In this document: positions 17,080 through 24,973 of the stretch, piece by piece
Layout: each line of letters opens with the position of its first letter
How positions within the stretch are numbered: the first letter of the stretch is position 1
IMG/VR virus record: IMGVR_UViG_3300024253_000033
Span: 1 to 30,371 of that record
DNA from: a virus
Taxonomy: Duplodnaviria; Caudoviricetes
Strand: one strand, 5' to 3'
Length of the DNA stretch: 30,371 nucleotides
The notes under the pieces: generated by a model
The model's input: only the letters and a program-made list of their open reading frames with translations
Told to the model about the DNA's origin: nothing
Databases searched by the model: none
Program-made: the position numbers and the translations under genes

Positions 17080-18335
17080 GCGGAATCCTCCTTCTTGTAT
17101 TGTGTCCCCGCAAACACGCCCGCGTCCTCGAGCTTCGTCATGGCCCCATTGATCAAGTACAAATCGCCGCCAAGGTCAGGCGCGATGCGATCGAGATTCT
17201 CCAATTCGCGGATGTCGTTCGCGCTCATCCAGCCGTTCTGCCGCGCGGTGGCATATCCGCTCATGCGGGAGGCGTAGTCACCGCGGAGAAGGCCATCCAC
17301 ATTGAACCTGATGAAATACATCGGCTTTTCGCTTTCGCTGAACAGCACGCGGCACATGCTCTGTTCCCAGCGCACGACCCAGGGATCGAGGGTGTATTTC
17401 ACGAACTCCAACGACTGCTGCTCGATGTTGCTGAACGACGATTTCTCCAAGTCCGCCAGCATGTGCGGCGGCACACGAAAGATGCGCGCGATCTCATTGA
17501 TCTGAAACTTCCGCGTTTCCAGAAACTGTGCTTGCTCCGGCGCAATCCCGATGGGCGTATACTTCATACCCTCTTCGAGTACCGCGATCTTGTGTGCGTT
17601 CGCGCTTCCCTGATATGCCGAGTTCCAGCTTTCCTTGACGCGCAGCGGGTCTTTGATCGTGCCGGGATGTTCCAGCACGCCTGCCGGAGCCGCGCCGTTA
17701 GCGAAGAACTTCGCACCATACTCCTCTGTCGCGATCGCGAGACCAATCGCATTCTTCGCCATGGCGATCGGGCTATACCCGATCAGGCCGTCAAACCCGA
17801 GTCCGGGGATGTGCAGCACGTCCGATGGTGACAGCGTTACCTGCGTCGATTTGCCAAGCGTGGTCGGATCCTCCGACCCACGCTGGTACAAATAAAAAAG
17901 CCGTCCGTTTTGATCGCGGTCGACTGTCATTTTGTTCGGCATGAGCGGGTAGAGCGCGATCACCTCACCTCTGGCGTTTCGGATGATCTGCGCGTAGGCA
18001 TTGCCCCACAGAAGTAAGTGGCTCATGAGCGTTTCCCGGAATGCGAAGCTCGTCATTTCGGGGTTCGGCTCGTCGTGCAGCAGCCGGTAAAGCGGATGTT
18101 TTAACGCTTTCTCTTTCCCTCCACTATCGTTGTATCGGTAGACATTCAACGGCAGACCTGCAACGGTTTCTGACAAGATTCTCACACAGGAGTACACCGC
18201 CGTCATCTGCATGGCGGTCGTTTCGTTCACCGGCTTTCCACTCGAAGTTCCGCCGAAGAAGAAACTGTAGCGACTGCCGTTAAGAGAGTCTTTCGGTTTG
18301 TCGCGAGAGTGAAATATAGCTCGAAGTGGATTCAT
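17076..18335 (-). CDS. Portal protein, HK97 family
   Basis: AVYSCVRILSE, LLLWGNAY, GYSPI, QFLETRKF, IARIFRVPP, SNIEQQ. Confidence 0.96.
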   Translation of the reverse strand: MNPLRAIFHSRDKPKDSLNGSRYSFFFGGTSSGKPVNETTAMQMTAVYSCVRILSETVAGLPLNVYRYNDSGGKEKALKHPLYRLLHDEPNPEMTSFAFRETLMSHLLLWGNAYAQIIRNARGEVIALYPLMPNKMTVDRDQNGRLFYLYQRGSEDPTTLGKSTQVTLSPSDVLHIPGLGFDGLIGYSPIAMAKNAIGLAIATEEYGAKFFANGAAPAGVLEHPGTIKDPLRVKESWNSAYQGSANAHKIAVLEEGMKYTPIGIAPEQAQFLETRKFQINEIARIFRVPPHMLADLEKSSFSNIEQQSLEFVKYTLDPWVVRWEQSMCRVLFSESEKPMYFIRFNVDGLLRGDYASRMSGYATARQNGWMSANDIRELENLDRIAPDLGGDLYLINGAMTKLEDAGVFAGTQYKKEDSA

Positions 18336-18359
18336 GCGCTTCCTCCATTGAACATTTGA

Positions 18360-18388
18360 TTGACATACACAGAAAAAAGCAGTAAAGT
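18360..18388 (+). promoter_or_regulatory. Sigma-A promoter of the zinc-ribbon moron
   Basis: TTGACA-17 bp-TAAAGT. Confidence 0.75.
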
Positions 18389-18441
18389 GGCACTTGTGTG
18401 GTGTATTTCCGCACCATACAATATTTTATTTGAGGTATTTG

Positions 18442-18744
18442 ATGTACAGCGACAAGACCATCGTCTGCAAAGATTGCGGACAAGAATTCACCTTTACTGC
18501 CAACGAGCAAGAGTTTTTCGCCGAAAAAGGTTTTACGAACGAACCGCAGCGTTGCAAATCCTGCCGTGTTGCTCGTAAGAACAGCTCAGGCGGCGGATCT
18601 CGCAATGGCGGATACCGCGACAACGCGCCGCGCCAGATGTATGACGCAGTGTGCTCGGAATGCGGCAGAGCCTGCCAGGTTCCGTTTCAGCCCCGTACCG
18701 ACCGACCGATCCTGTGCAGCGATTGCTTCAGAAGCAACAGGTAA
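18442..18744 (+). CDS. Zinc-ribbon protein (zf-trcl-like + CxxC-x17-CxxC domains), moron
   Basis: DKTIVCKDCGQEFTFTANEQEFFAEKGFTNEPQRCKSCR and CSECG-PFQP-CSDCF; RBS GAGGT before ATG 18442. Confidence 0.9.
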   Translation: MYSDKTIVCKDCGQEFTFTANEQEFFAEKGFTNEPQRCKSCRVARKNSSGGGSRNGGYRDNAPRQMYDAVCSECGRACQVPFQPRTDRPILCSDCFRSNR

Positions 18745-18748
18745 TTTC

Positions 18749-18779
18749 AAAGGCACATCCTTAAACGGATGTGCCTTTT
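18749..18779. terminator. Hairpin terminator between the convergent zinc-ribbon and terL genes
   Basis: AAAGGCACATCC-TTAAAC-GGATGTGCCTTTT, 12-bp perfect stem. Confidence 0.8.
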
Positions 18780-20384
18780 CTAAAACACCAGCAAGCCTCG
18801 ACCATCGTAAACGCTGGTGCTCTCTCCGCTCCCGTTCCGTAAAGCCCGATCTATCGCCATGATTGTCGCCACAGCACCGTCGATTTTCTCGGTGCTTTTT
18901 TCTTTGTCCGGTTTGATATTCCCGGCGGGGTCCGTGCGGATGTAGATGTTGTCCATCATCCAGCGCAACACTGGCTGCCCACCGTGCGCGATTCGCTGTT
19001 CCAGCGTCAGCTTCATGAGTTCCTTCGTCGGCGGGGACATGTCCTTGAATCCCTGCCCGAACGGTACGACCGTGAATCCCATACCCTCTAGGTTCTGCAC
19101 CATCTGCACCGCACCCCAACGATCGAAGGCGATCTCGCGAATGTTGTACTTCATGCCAAGCTGCTCAATGAACGTTTCGATAAACCCGTAATGAACGACG
19201 TTTCCTTCGGTGGTCAGCAGACACCCCTGTTTCTCCCAGAGATCATAGTTCACATGATCGCGCCGCACGCGCAGGTCGATGTTCTCCTCCGGAATCCAAA
19301 AGAACGGCAGGATCACATATTTGTCCGTTTCATCCAGCGGGGGGAATACCAGAACGAAAGCCGTAATATCCGTGCTGGACGAAAGATCAAGGCCACCATA
19401 GCAAACGCGGCCTTCGAGCAGATTCGGGTCAACCGGGAACGCGCATTTATCCCACACATCCATCGGCATCCAGCGGATCGCCTGCTTGACCCACTGGTTC
19501 AATCGAAGCTGACGAAACGCGTTCTCCTCGGCGGGATTCTGTTGCGCGCTTTCGCAAGCGGCTTTCACTTTATCGATCCCCACCGTAATGCCGAGCGACG
19601 GATTTGCTTTCTTCCACACTTTGGGATCAGTCCAGGAATCGTTCTCTTCGGTGCCATAGATCACTGGGTAGAACGTAGGGTCCGTTTTCCTGCCGTCAAG
19701 AATATCCTTCGCTTTTGAATGTACTTCCCAGCAGATGGAGTTCGTGTTGTCTCCTGCGGTGGTGATCAGAAAGTACAGCGGCTGCATACGCGCGTCGCCG
19801 CTTCCCTTGGTCATAACATCAAAGAGTCGGCGATTCGGTTGGGTGTGAAGTTCATCGAAGATGACGCCGTGCGTATTGAAGCCGTGCTTGTTGGCGACGT
19901 CCGCGCTGAGCACCTGATAGTAGCTCCCAGTCGGCAGGTACACGATCCGCTTCTGCGACGCGAGGATCTTCACGCGTTTCGCCAGCGCCGGGCACATGGT
20001 GACCATGTCCTTGGCGACCTCAAATACGATCGACGCCTGCTGTCTGTCGGCTGCACACCCATATACTTCCGCACGCTCTTCGTTGTCGCCGCAGGTCAAT
20101 AGCAGTGCGACTGCGGCGGCGAGCTCAGACTTACCGTTCTTCTTTGGTATCTCGATATACGCTGTGTTGAACTGGCGGTATCCGCTCGTCTTTAGGGTTC
20201 CAAACACATCGCGGATGATCTGTTCCTGCCAGTCGATCAGCAGAAATGGCTTCCCCGCCCATGTACCCTTTGTGTGCGCAAGGCATTCTATGAAAGCGAC
20301 GGCGTTGTCCGCCGCTTGTTTATCGTAAACCGAGTCCTTCGCTTTGAACGGAGTCGGCGTGTACTTCTTCAACTTCCTGATCAC
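18780..20384 (-). CDS. terL: Terminase large subunit
   Basis: Walker A IPKKNGKSE, Walker B IFDELH, ITTAG, GLDLS, KIDGAVA; probable GTG start at 20384. Confidence 0.96.
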   Translation of the reverse strand: MIRKLKKYTPTPFKAKDSVYDKQAADNAVAFIECLAHTKGTWAGKPFLLIDWQEQIIRDVFGTLKTSGYRQFNTAYIEIPKKNGKSELAAAVALLLTCGDNEERAEVYGCAADRQQASIVFEVAKDMVTMCPALAKRVKILASQKRIVYLPTGSYYQVLSADVANKHGFNTHGVIFDELHTQPNRRLFDVMTKGSGDARMQPLYFLITTAGDNTNSICWEVHSKAKDILDGRKTDPTFYPVIYGTEENDSWTDPKVWKKANPSLGITVGIDKVKAACESAQQNPAEENAFRQLRLNQWVKQAIRWMPMDVWDKCAFPVDPNLLEGRVCYGGLDLSSSTDITAFVLVFPPLDETDKYVILPFFWIPEENIDLRVRRDHVNYDLWEKQGCLLTTEGNVVHYGFIETFIEQLGMKYNIREIAFDRWGAVQMVQNLEGMGFTVVPFGQGFKDMSPPTKELMKLTLEQRIAHGGQPVLRWMMDNIYIRTDPAGNIKPDKEKSTEKIDGAVATIMAIDRALRNGSGESTSVYDGRGLLVF

Positions 20385-20411
20385 AGCCGCCTCTTTCAAA
20401 CCAGCAAGCAT

Positions 20412-20440
20412 AAAAAAGAGCCTCCTTTATCAGGAAGCTC
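20412..20440 (-). terminator. Intrinsic terminator upstream of terL
   Basis: GAGCTTCCT-GATAA-AGGAGGCTC-TTTTTT. Confidence 0.75.
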
Positions 20441-20459
20441 AAGTGGTAGCCTGTGCGAT

Positions 20460-20672
20460 TTAGTTGTATTCTCTCAGGATCTGCTCGTAGACCACCTTCA
20501 CCTGCGCGCCGCTCGGTTTCTTCGACCAACCCCTGTCATACTGTACGAAAAGCTGCCCGTCTTTCCAAATCTCAAGCTTCGAAATCCGTCCATTTGAAAT
20601 CCCGTACTCCGATCCTTCGTCGTATTGCTTGATGTAGAAGCTGTACCCGTCAATCGTCCCTTTGATCCACAT
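20460..20672 (-). CDS. Small conserved phage protein (DUF7678-like)
   Basis: YDEGSEYGISNGRISKL...YDRGW pattern; RBS GGAGG. Confidence 0.75.
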   Translation of the reverse strand: MWIKGTIDGYSFYIKQYDEGSEYGISNGRISKLEIWKDGQLFVQYDRGWSKKPSGAQVKVVYEQILREYN

Positions 20673-20708
20673 TGCTTTGCCCTCCGTGCTTTTGTCGTTT
20701 GCCTTTTG

Positions 20709-20747
20709 GCATGTGTATATATCACTCTACGGGCGATGAATAGCAAG
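20709..20747 (-). promoter_or_regulatory. Promoter-like motif copy 2
   Basis: CTTGCTATTCA-N8-AGAGTGATATAT. Confidence 0.65.
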
Positions 20748-20973
20748 TGAATTCTGTAATAAGTCCTCGACATTTTTGTAATAATCATTGGAAAGGAACT
20801 CATCTGTTTTTAGAGGCGACAGCGAAACACGGAAGCCGGCGTGAGCCTCCGTGTTCGCTTTGGTTTGCTGCTCAACCGTACTTGGGGCAATCGCCCAATC
20901 CGTTTCATAAACGCATCAGTGGCGGCGACGTTGCGCGACGCGGCGTCGCGGCGATTCATGCGCTCGAAGCGCC

Positions 20974-21408
20974 CTAATCGCCCTCCTGCACCGCCGCTTT
21001 CAGAATCTCTGCATCAAACCCAACTGCTTTGTACCCTTCCAGAAGCGTACTGTAATAGAAAGCGCTCGGCTTATTCTGCGGCTTGTTTCCAATAAGGATG
21101 TACGCAAACACATCCATCACTGCACCGTTCAAACGCACCTTTACCGTATCCTTTCGGTACAAATCTGGCACCCCGATCCAGCGGTCGAGCGCGACCTCGT
21201 CTAGCAGGGTTATCTCCCATAGGAGCGCGGGTACGCTTCCGCCCTTCGTCTTTTCAATCGTAACAACCGCGCAGGCGTTGCCACCGCGAAACGCAAGCCT
21301 GAAATTCTTCAACTCCGTTGTGCCAATCGAATTAGCGGTCGGACAATGCTTCGCCATTTCAGTGCGATTCAACCCAACGCCGTACGCAGCAAACACACGA
21401 TTACTCAT
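20974..21408 (-). CDS. Gamma-glutamylcyclotransferase (AIG2/GGCT)-like protein with degenerate active-site motifs
   Basis: AYGVGLN...M...CP...RLAFRG...VPALLWEI...DEVALDRWIG...PS..YY..LLEGY. Confidence 0.75.
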   Translation of the reverse strand: MSNRVFAAYGVGLNRTEMAKHCPTANSIGTTELKNFRLAFRGGNACAVVTIEKTKGGSVPALLWEITLLDEVALDRWIGVPDLYRKDTVKVRLNGAVMDVFAYILIGNKPQNKPSAFYYSTLLEGYKAVGFDAEILKAAVQEGD

Positions 21409-21634
21409 TTTTCTCAATCCTTCTACACTCATCTTCGCCAAATGCGACACCGAGCATACTGCCGCGATCCCAATTCACATGAATCGTACCGATATCGTCG
21501 ACCATCGTAACCGTTCCCCGATCACCCTGTCGCAGGTTGGTGTAAGGGTCGCTCATACCAATGAGCATAACCCGTGTTCCGGTGGTGTAATACTCCTTGA
21601 GCTGTTTCAATATCTCCGGATGAATGTATGTCAT
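21401..21634 (-). CDS. DUF4314-like phage protein
   Basis: GTRV.L..MSDPY..L..GDRGTV..VDDIGTIHVNWDRGS.LG. Confidence 0.82.
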   Translation of the reverse strand: MTYIHPEILKQLKEYYTTGTRVMLIGMSDPYTNLRQGDRGTVTMVDDIGTIHVNWDRGSMLGVAFGEDECRRIEKNE

Positions 21635-22362
21635 TCTTCATCACCCGCTTCTGGCGCGGTGCGAAACGCGGCGTTACCTGAAAGATTCTTTAGCAGACCC
21701 TTCCGTGCCTCCTTGTACTCCGCACCTATGAATCCGAGCCGGAGGAGGAAACACCGGAAAGCGTACTTCTCGTTTTCGACTTCCTTTTCCGTCGCGCTCA
21801 CGCGCTTCTGCATTCGAGCCAGTTCGCAAAGCCCTTGTGTCAGTTGGTAGTAGGCAGCGATCTCAGACTGATCATCGGTCGGTCGGAACCACCTGAATTC
21901 GATTCTGTCAGGGTGTTCTGTGATCGGCAGGTCGTCAGTATCCAGCGCCTTTTTCAGTAGCGTTGCCTTGCTCGCGACCAGCCGCCTTAAGTTCTCCATT
22001 GCGGTCGGCGTCATGCCGTCCGGCGGCATCTCGACCGAAAGCCGGTCAAGGCTGGCAAGTGTAGGTGTCACGATTTCCTGCTTCGGCATTTCCGCCGTTT
22101 TTTGCTCGATGAGCTTAACCGGCTCTCCGATCCGTTCGCCAATGGACCCATCGTGCGCCAATTCGCGAATTAGCATCTCGATATGTGCCTCGTCCGTGCC
22201 CTCCGGGCAGGTCACCGTGCCGTTCTTGTCGACCGTGTAAGCCCCCACCTGAAACGCGAAGCTTGGCGCGCCAAGGTAGCGCGTCGTGTCCTGTAAAGTG
22301 TCTCGCATGACCGAGACTAGTGCCTTTCGCCTGTCCCCCGTAACGTTGTACATGATCTGCAT
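21631..22362 (-). CDS. Conserved phage protein (often annotated 'virulence-related protein')
   Basis: YLGAPSFAFQVG; NEKYAFRCFLLRLGFIGAEYKEARK.LLKNLSGNAAF. Confidence 0.78.
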   Translation of the reverse strand: MQIMYNVTGDRRKALVSVMRDTLQDTTRYLGAPSFAFQVGAYTVDKNGTVTCPEGTDEAHIEMLIRELAHDGSIGERIGEPVKLIEQKTAEMPKQEIVTPTLASLDRLSVEMPPDGMTPTAMENLRRLVASKATLLKKALDTDDLPITEHPDRIEFRWFRPTDDQSEIAAYYQLTQGLCELARMQKRVSATEKEVENEKYAFRCFLLRLGFIGAEYKEARKGLLKNLSGNAAFRTAPEAGDEE

Positions 22363-22386
22363 TGTGAATACCTTCCTTCCGATTTA

Positions 22387-22425
22387 GTAGTCACATACAT
22401 CACTCTTTCGGGTGTGAATATCAAG
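22387..22425 (-). promoter_or_regulatory. Promoter-like motif copy 3
   Basis: CTTGATATTCA-N8-AGAGTGATGTATGTGACTAC. Confidence 0.65.
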
Positions 22426-23664
22426 CTATTTGTCTGTAGTTTGGGGAATATCTTTGTAAAGAATCTGTGCTCCATCCCTGATGAGAATCACCTGGTCAGA
22501 ATCACCCATCTGTTCGATGTACCGCTTCACGATCACATCGCAGTACATTTCATCCAACTCGACCATACGGCAGACTCGATCGGTCTGCTCGCAAGCGATC
22601 AAGGTACTGCCACTGCCTCCGAACGGGTCGAGAACGACGCAGTTCGCCATGCTGGAGTTCAGAATCGGGTATGCCAGAAGCTCGATAGGTTTCATCGTTG
22701 GATGATCGGCGTTCTGCTTGGGTTTGTCAAACTCCCAGATGGTCGTTTGTTTCCGGTCGGCGTACCATTCGTGCCGGCCTTTTTTCTTCCAACCGAACAA
22801 GACCGGCTCATGGCGCCATTGATATGGACTTCGCCCAAGAACCAATGACTGCTTCTTCCAGATACAGGTACCGGAGAGATAGAATCCCGCTTCCGAGAAC
22901 GCCTTCCGAAAATTCAACCCCTCGGTGTCCGCGTGGAACACATAGATCGACGCGTCGTTTGTCATGCAGGCTTCCATGTTCTGAAAAGAAGCAAGCAAGA
23001 AATCATAGAAGGCTGAGTCGGTCATGTTGTCGTTTTTGATCTTTCCCGCGCTGCCTTCGTAGTTCACGTTATAAGGGGGATCGGTGACAACAAGGTTCGC
23101 TGGTCCGCCATTCATGAGCAGGTCGAATACATCCCGCTTCGTGCTGTCTCCGCAGACGAGTCTGTGTTTGCCGAGCAGCCAAAGGTCTCCCGGCTTTGTG
23201 ATTGCAGGTTCCTTGAGCGCGGCTTCCACGTCGAAATCGTCGTCCTGCACACCTTTGCGCTGCGCGTCCTTAAACAACGCATCGATCTCCGGCGCGTCAA
23301 AGCCCGTCAGCGATACATCAAAATCCGAAAATTGCAGATCGGAGATCAGCAGGGAGAGCTTTTCTTTGTCCCATTCGCCGCTGATTTTGTTCAGCGCAAC
23401 GTTGAGCGCTTTCTCTTTCTCTTCGCTCATTTCCACAACGACGCATTCGACTTCGGTCACACCGGTATCGATCAGCACTTTCAAACGCTGGTGACCGCCG
23501 ACGACATGTCCAGTGGTCTGATTCCAGATCACCGGCTCCACGTATCCGAACTCCGATAGCGAACGCTTCAGCTTCTCGTATTCCGTGTCGCCGGGCTTCA
23601 GGTCTTTGCGTGGATTGTAATCCGCTGGAACTAGCTTATCGACCGGCAGCGTTTGAATGACCAT
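22426..23664 (-). CDS. ParB-like domain + N6-adenine/N4-cytosine DNA methyltransferase (beta order)
   Basis: YNPR, GGHQR (ParB/Srx); TDPPYN, HPTMKP, LDPFGGSGST; probable start ATG 23664. Confidence 0.93.
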   Translation of the reverse strand: MVIQTLPVDKLVPADYNPRKDLKPGDTEYEKLKRSLSEFGYVEPVIWNQTTGHVVGGHQRLKVLIDTGVTEVECVVVEMSEEKEKALNVALNKISGEWDKEKLSLLISDLQFSDFDVSLTGFDAPEIDALFKDAQRKGVQDDDFDVEAALKEPAITKPGDLWLLGKHRLVCGDSTKRDVFDLLMNGGPANLVVTDPPYNVNYEGSAGKIKNDNMTDSAFYDFLLASFQNMEACMTNDASIYVFHADTEGLNFRKAFSEAGFYLSGTCIWKKQSLVLGRSPYQWRHEPVLFGWKKKGRHEWYADRKQTTIWEFDKPKQNADHPTMKPIELLAYPILNSSMANCVVLDPFGGSGSTLIACEQTDRVCRMVELDEMYCDVIVKRYIEQMGDSDQVILIRDGAQILYKDIPQTTDK

Positions 23665-23812
23665 GCTGGTAACCTTTCGATACGATTTTCCGTAAGCCAA
23701 CTTGCGCCGCAGGCAGGTTTCCTGCGAGCGCTTGCCCCCGTAGCGTCTTTCGCTGCTGGCTCGTCAAACGGTGGTATTTCAATGTGCGAATGAACGCTTG
23801 TATCTCATCCAT
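23636..23812 (-). CDS. Small phage protein, 58 aa, absent from the ORF track
   Basis: MDEIQAFIRTLKYHRLTSQQRKTLRGQALAGNLPAAQVGLRKIVSKGYQHGHSNAAGR; RBS AGGGGG; fills the terS-MTase gap. Confidence 0.7.
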   Translation of the reverse strand: MDEIQAFIRTLKYHRLTSQQRKTLRGQALAGNLPAAQVGLRKIVSKGYQHGHSNAAGR

Positions 23813-23814
23813 AT

Positions 23815-24357
23815 TTATTTCCCCCTGCGCGCGGTCAACCGGCGTTCCATAACATCGTCCTGCGGATTCGCGCCCGTATAGTCGGTCACACAGTTTTCCT
23901 TGACGATCTGGAAGATCTCGTACCAGAGCCGGTTCGTCTGCGCCATGTAGTTCTGACTCATTGCCACATATGGAGACTGGATCGCGCTGCCGGTTGTCGG
24001 ATGTTTTGCCAAGAAGCCGTATTCAGTAACAGCTTCCTCACACTGAATCCAGCGTGCGGCACTCATGGCGTACCGCTCCAGCAATTGCGGTGAAACAATC
24101 CTTGCCGCGCCACGCTGGTCGAGCCAGTCCCAAGTGTTCGCGTAGATCTCAGCCGCCTCAAGGTTGCGTCCATCCTTTTGCCGCGCGGAGAGCAGTTCTC
24201 TCGGCAGCGGCATATCGTTACCCTGCAGATTGGTGGTATTGGGAAACTCCACTACGGTCAGCTTCCGTTTTCCAGGGTTGCCGTCGAGCATCTTATCCGT
24301 GAGCGGCTTTTTCTTCTGCCCCGCGCCTAATCTCGACCCGCCGTGTCCGTTTGGCAT
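23815..24357 (-). CDS. terS: Terminase small subunit, P27 family
   Basis: GGSRLGAG, GNPGKRKL, LLERYAMSAARWIQCEE, KHPTTG..IQSPYV. Confidence 0.88.
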   Translation of the reverse strand: MPNGHGGSRLGAGQKKKPLTDKMLDGNPGKRKLTVVEFPNTTNLQGNDMPLPRELLSARQKDGRNLEAAEIYANTWDWLDQRGAARIVSPQLLERYAMSAARWIQCEEAVTEYGFLAKHPTTGSAIQSPYVAMSQNYMAQTNRLWYEIFQIVKENCVTDYTGANPQDDVMERRLTARRGK

Positions 24358-24377
24358 CTGAGTTTCCTCCCATAAAA

Positions 24378-24477
24378 AATAGGCCTATTCGACCTCTTGA
24401 AACCGCGAAAGTTTGTACGTGACCCGACCACGTTGTCCAATTGGAAAGGTCACAGAGGTGAAATTGCCCCCACCGGG
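24378..24477. other. Putative cos packaging region
   Basis: Between HNH and terS; dyad ACGTG-N7-CACGT at 24417-24433 plus palindromes at 24378-24389 and 24436-24445. Confidence 0.5.
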
Positions 24478-24846
24478 TCAATCCGCGTGTGAATTCTGTC
24501 GTGTGTTGGTGCTACCGATCGTAATCTTCGAATGGCAGCTCTTGCAAAGCGCCATTAGGTTGCCCTCGTCGTTCGTACCACCGTTTGCCAGCGGCAGGAG
24601 GTGATGCACTTCCTCAGCAGCAGTCAGTCTTCCTTCGCTCTTGCACTGTTCACACAAAGGATGCTGTAAAAGAAATCGCGCGCGGAGTTTCTTCCACGCG
24701 CGGCCGTAACGTTTGTTGGTGTCTGGGTCTCGAAGGTATCGGTTGTACTGATGATCGGTGGCTTGCTTATGTTCATCACAGTACCGACCATCAGTCAGTT
24801 TGCCGCACCCCGGGTAGGAGCACGGACGCTTGGGTTTCTTTGGCAT
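24478..24846 (-). CDS. Terminase-associated HNH endonuclease
   Basis: CSYPGC..YCDEH; PLCEQC..EVHH..PL..GG....NLMALCKSCH. Confidence 0.92.
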   Translation of the reverse strand: MPKKPKRPCSYPGCGKLTDGRYCDEHKQATDHQYNRYLRDPDTNKRYGRAWKKLRARFLLQHPLCEQCKSEGRLTAAEEVHHLLPLANGGTNDEGNLMALCKSCHSKITIGSTNTRQNSHAD

Positions 24847-24867
24847 CTCTGTCCTCCAAAGGAAAGC

Positions 24868-24911
24868 AAAAGAGCTTCCACGTTTTTATCTGCGGAAGCT
24901 CTCTTTTTTTT
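24868..24911. terminator. Hairpin/terminator in the late leader
   Basis: AGAGCTTCC-N14-GGAAGCTCT with T-tracts following on both strands. Confidence 0.65.
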
Positions 24912-24915
24912 CGAC

Positions 24916-24968
24916 ATCATAAGAGTATCAAAGGATGATACTCTCATTCAATCACATTTGCTCTCTTG
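24916..24968 (-). promoter_or_regulatory. Putative late promoter with dyad
   Basis: TATGAT at 24916-24921; perfect dyad AGAGTATCA-N5-TGATACTCT at 24922-24944; ~10-bp periodic AATG repeats; no consensus -35. Confidence 0.5.
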
Positions 24969-24973
24969 TTAAA

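Larger units (their letters stand above)
322..24950 (-). mobile_element. Siphovirus-type prophage: packaging, head, tail, lysis and integration modules; early/replication module not in window
   Basis: Canonical co-oriented gene order HNH-terS-MTase-terL-portal-protease-capsid-head/tail joining-MTP-TAC-TMP-Dit-tail-fibre-lysin-holins-xis-int; att sites not located. Confidence 0.93.

Noticed and set aside
12710-17831. Long + strand ORFs (12710-13855, 14795-15994, 17022-17831 and similar)
   Set aside because: Antisense shadows of GC-rich phage genes, with no motifs or RBS
322-24846. Phage-wide TAG reassignment (alternative genetic code)
   Set aside because: TAG ends many genes at their natural C-termini (int, holins, tail fibre, terL, methylase); only one internal TAG was seen
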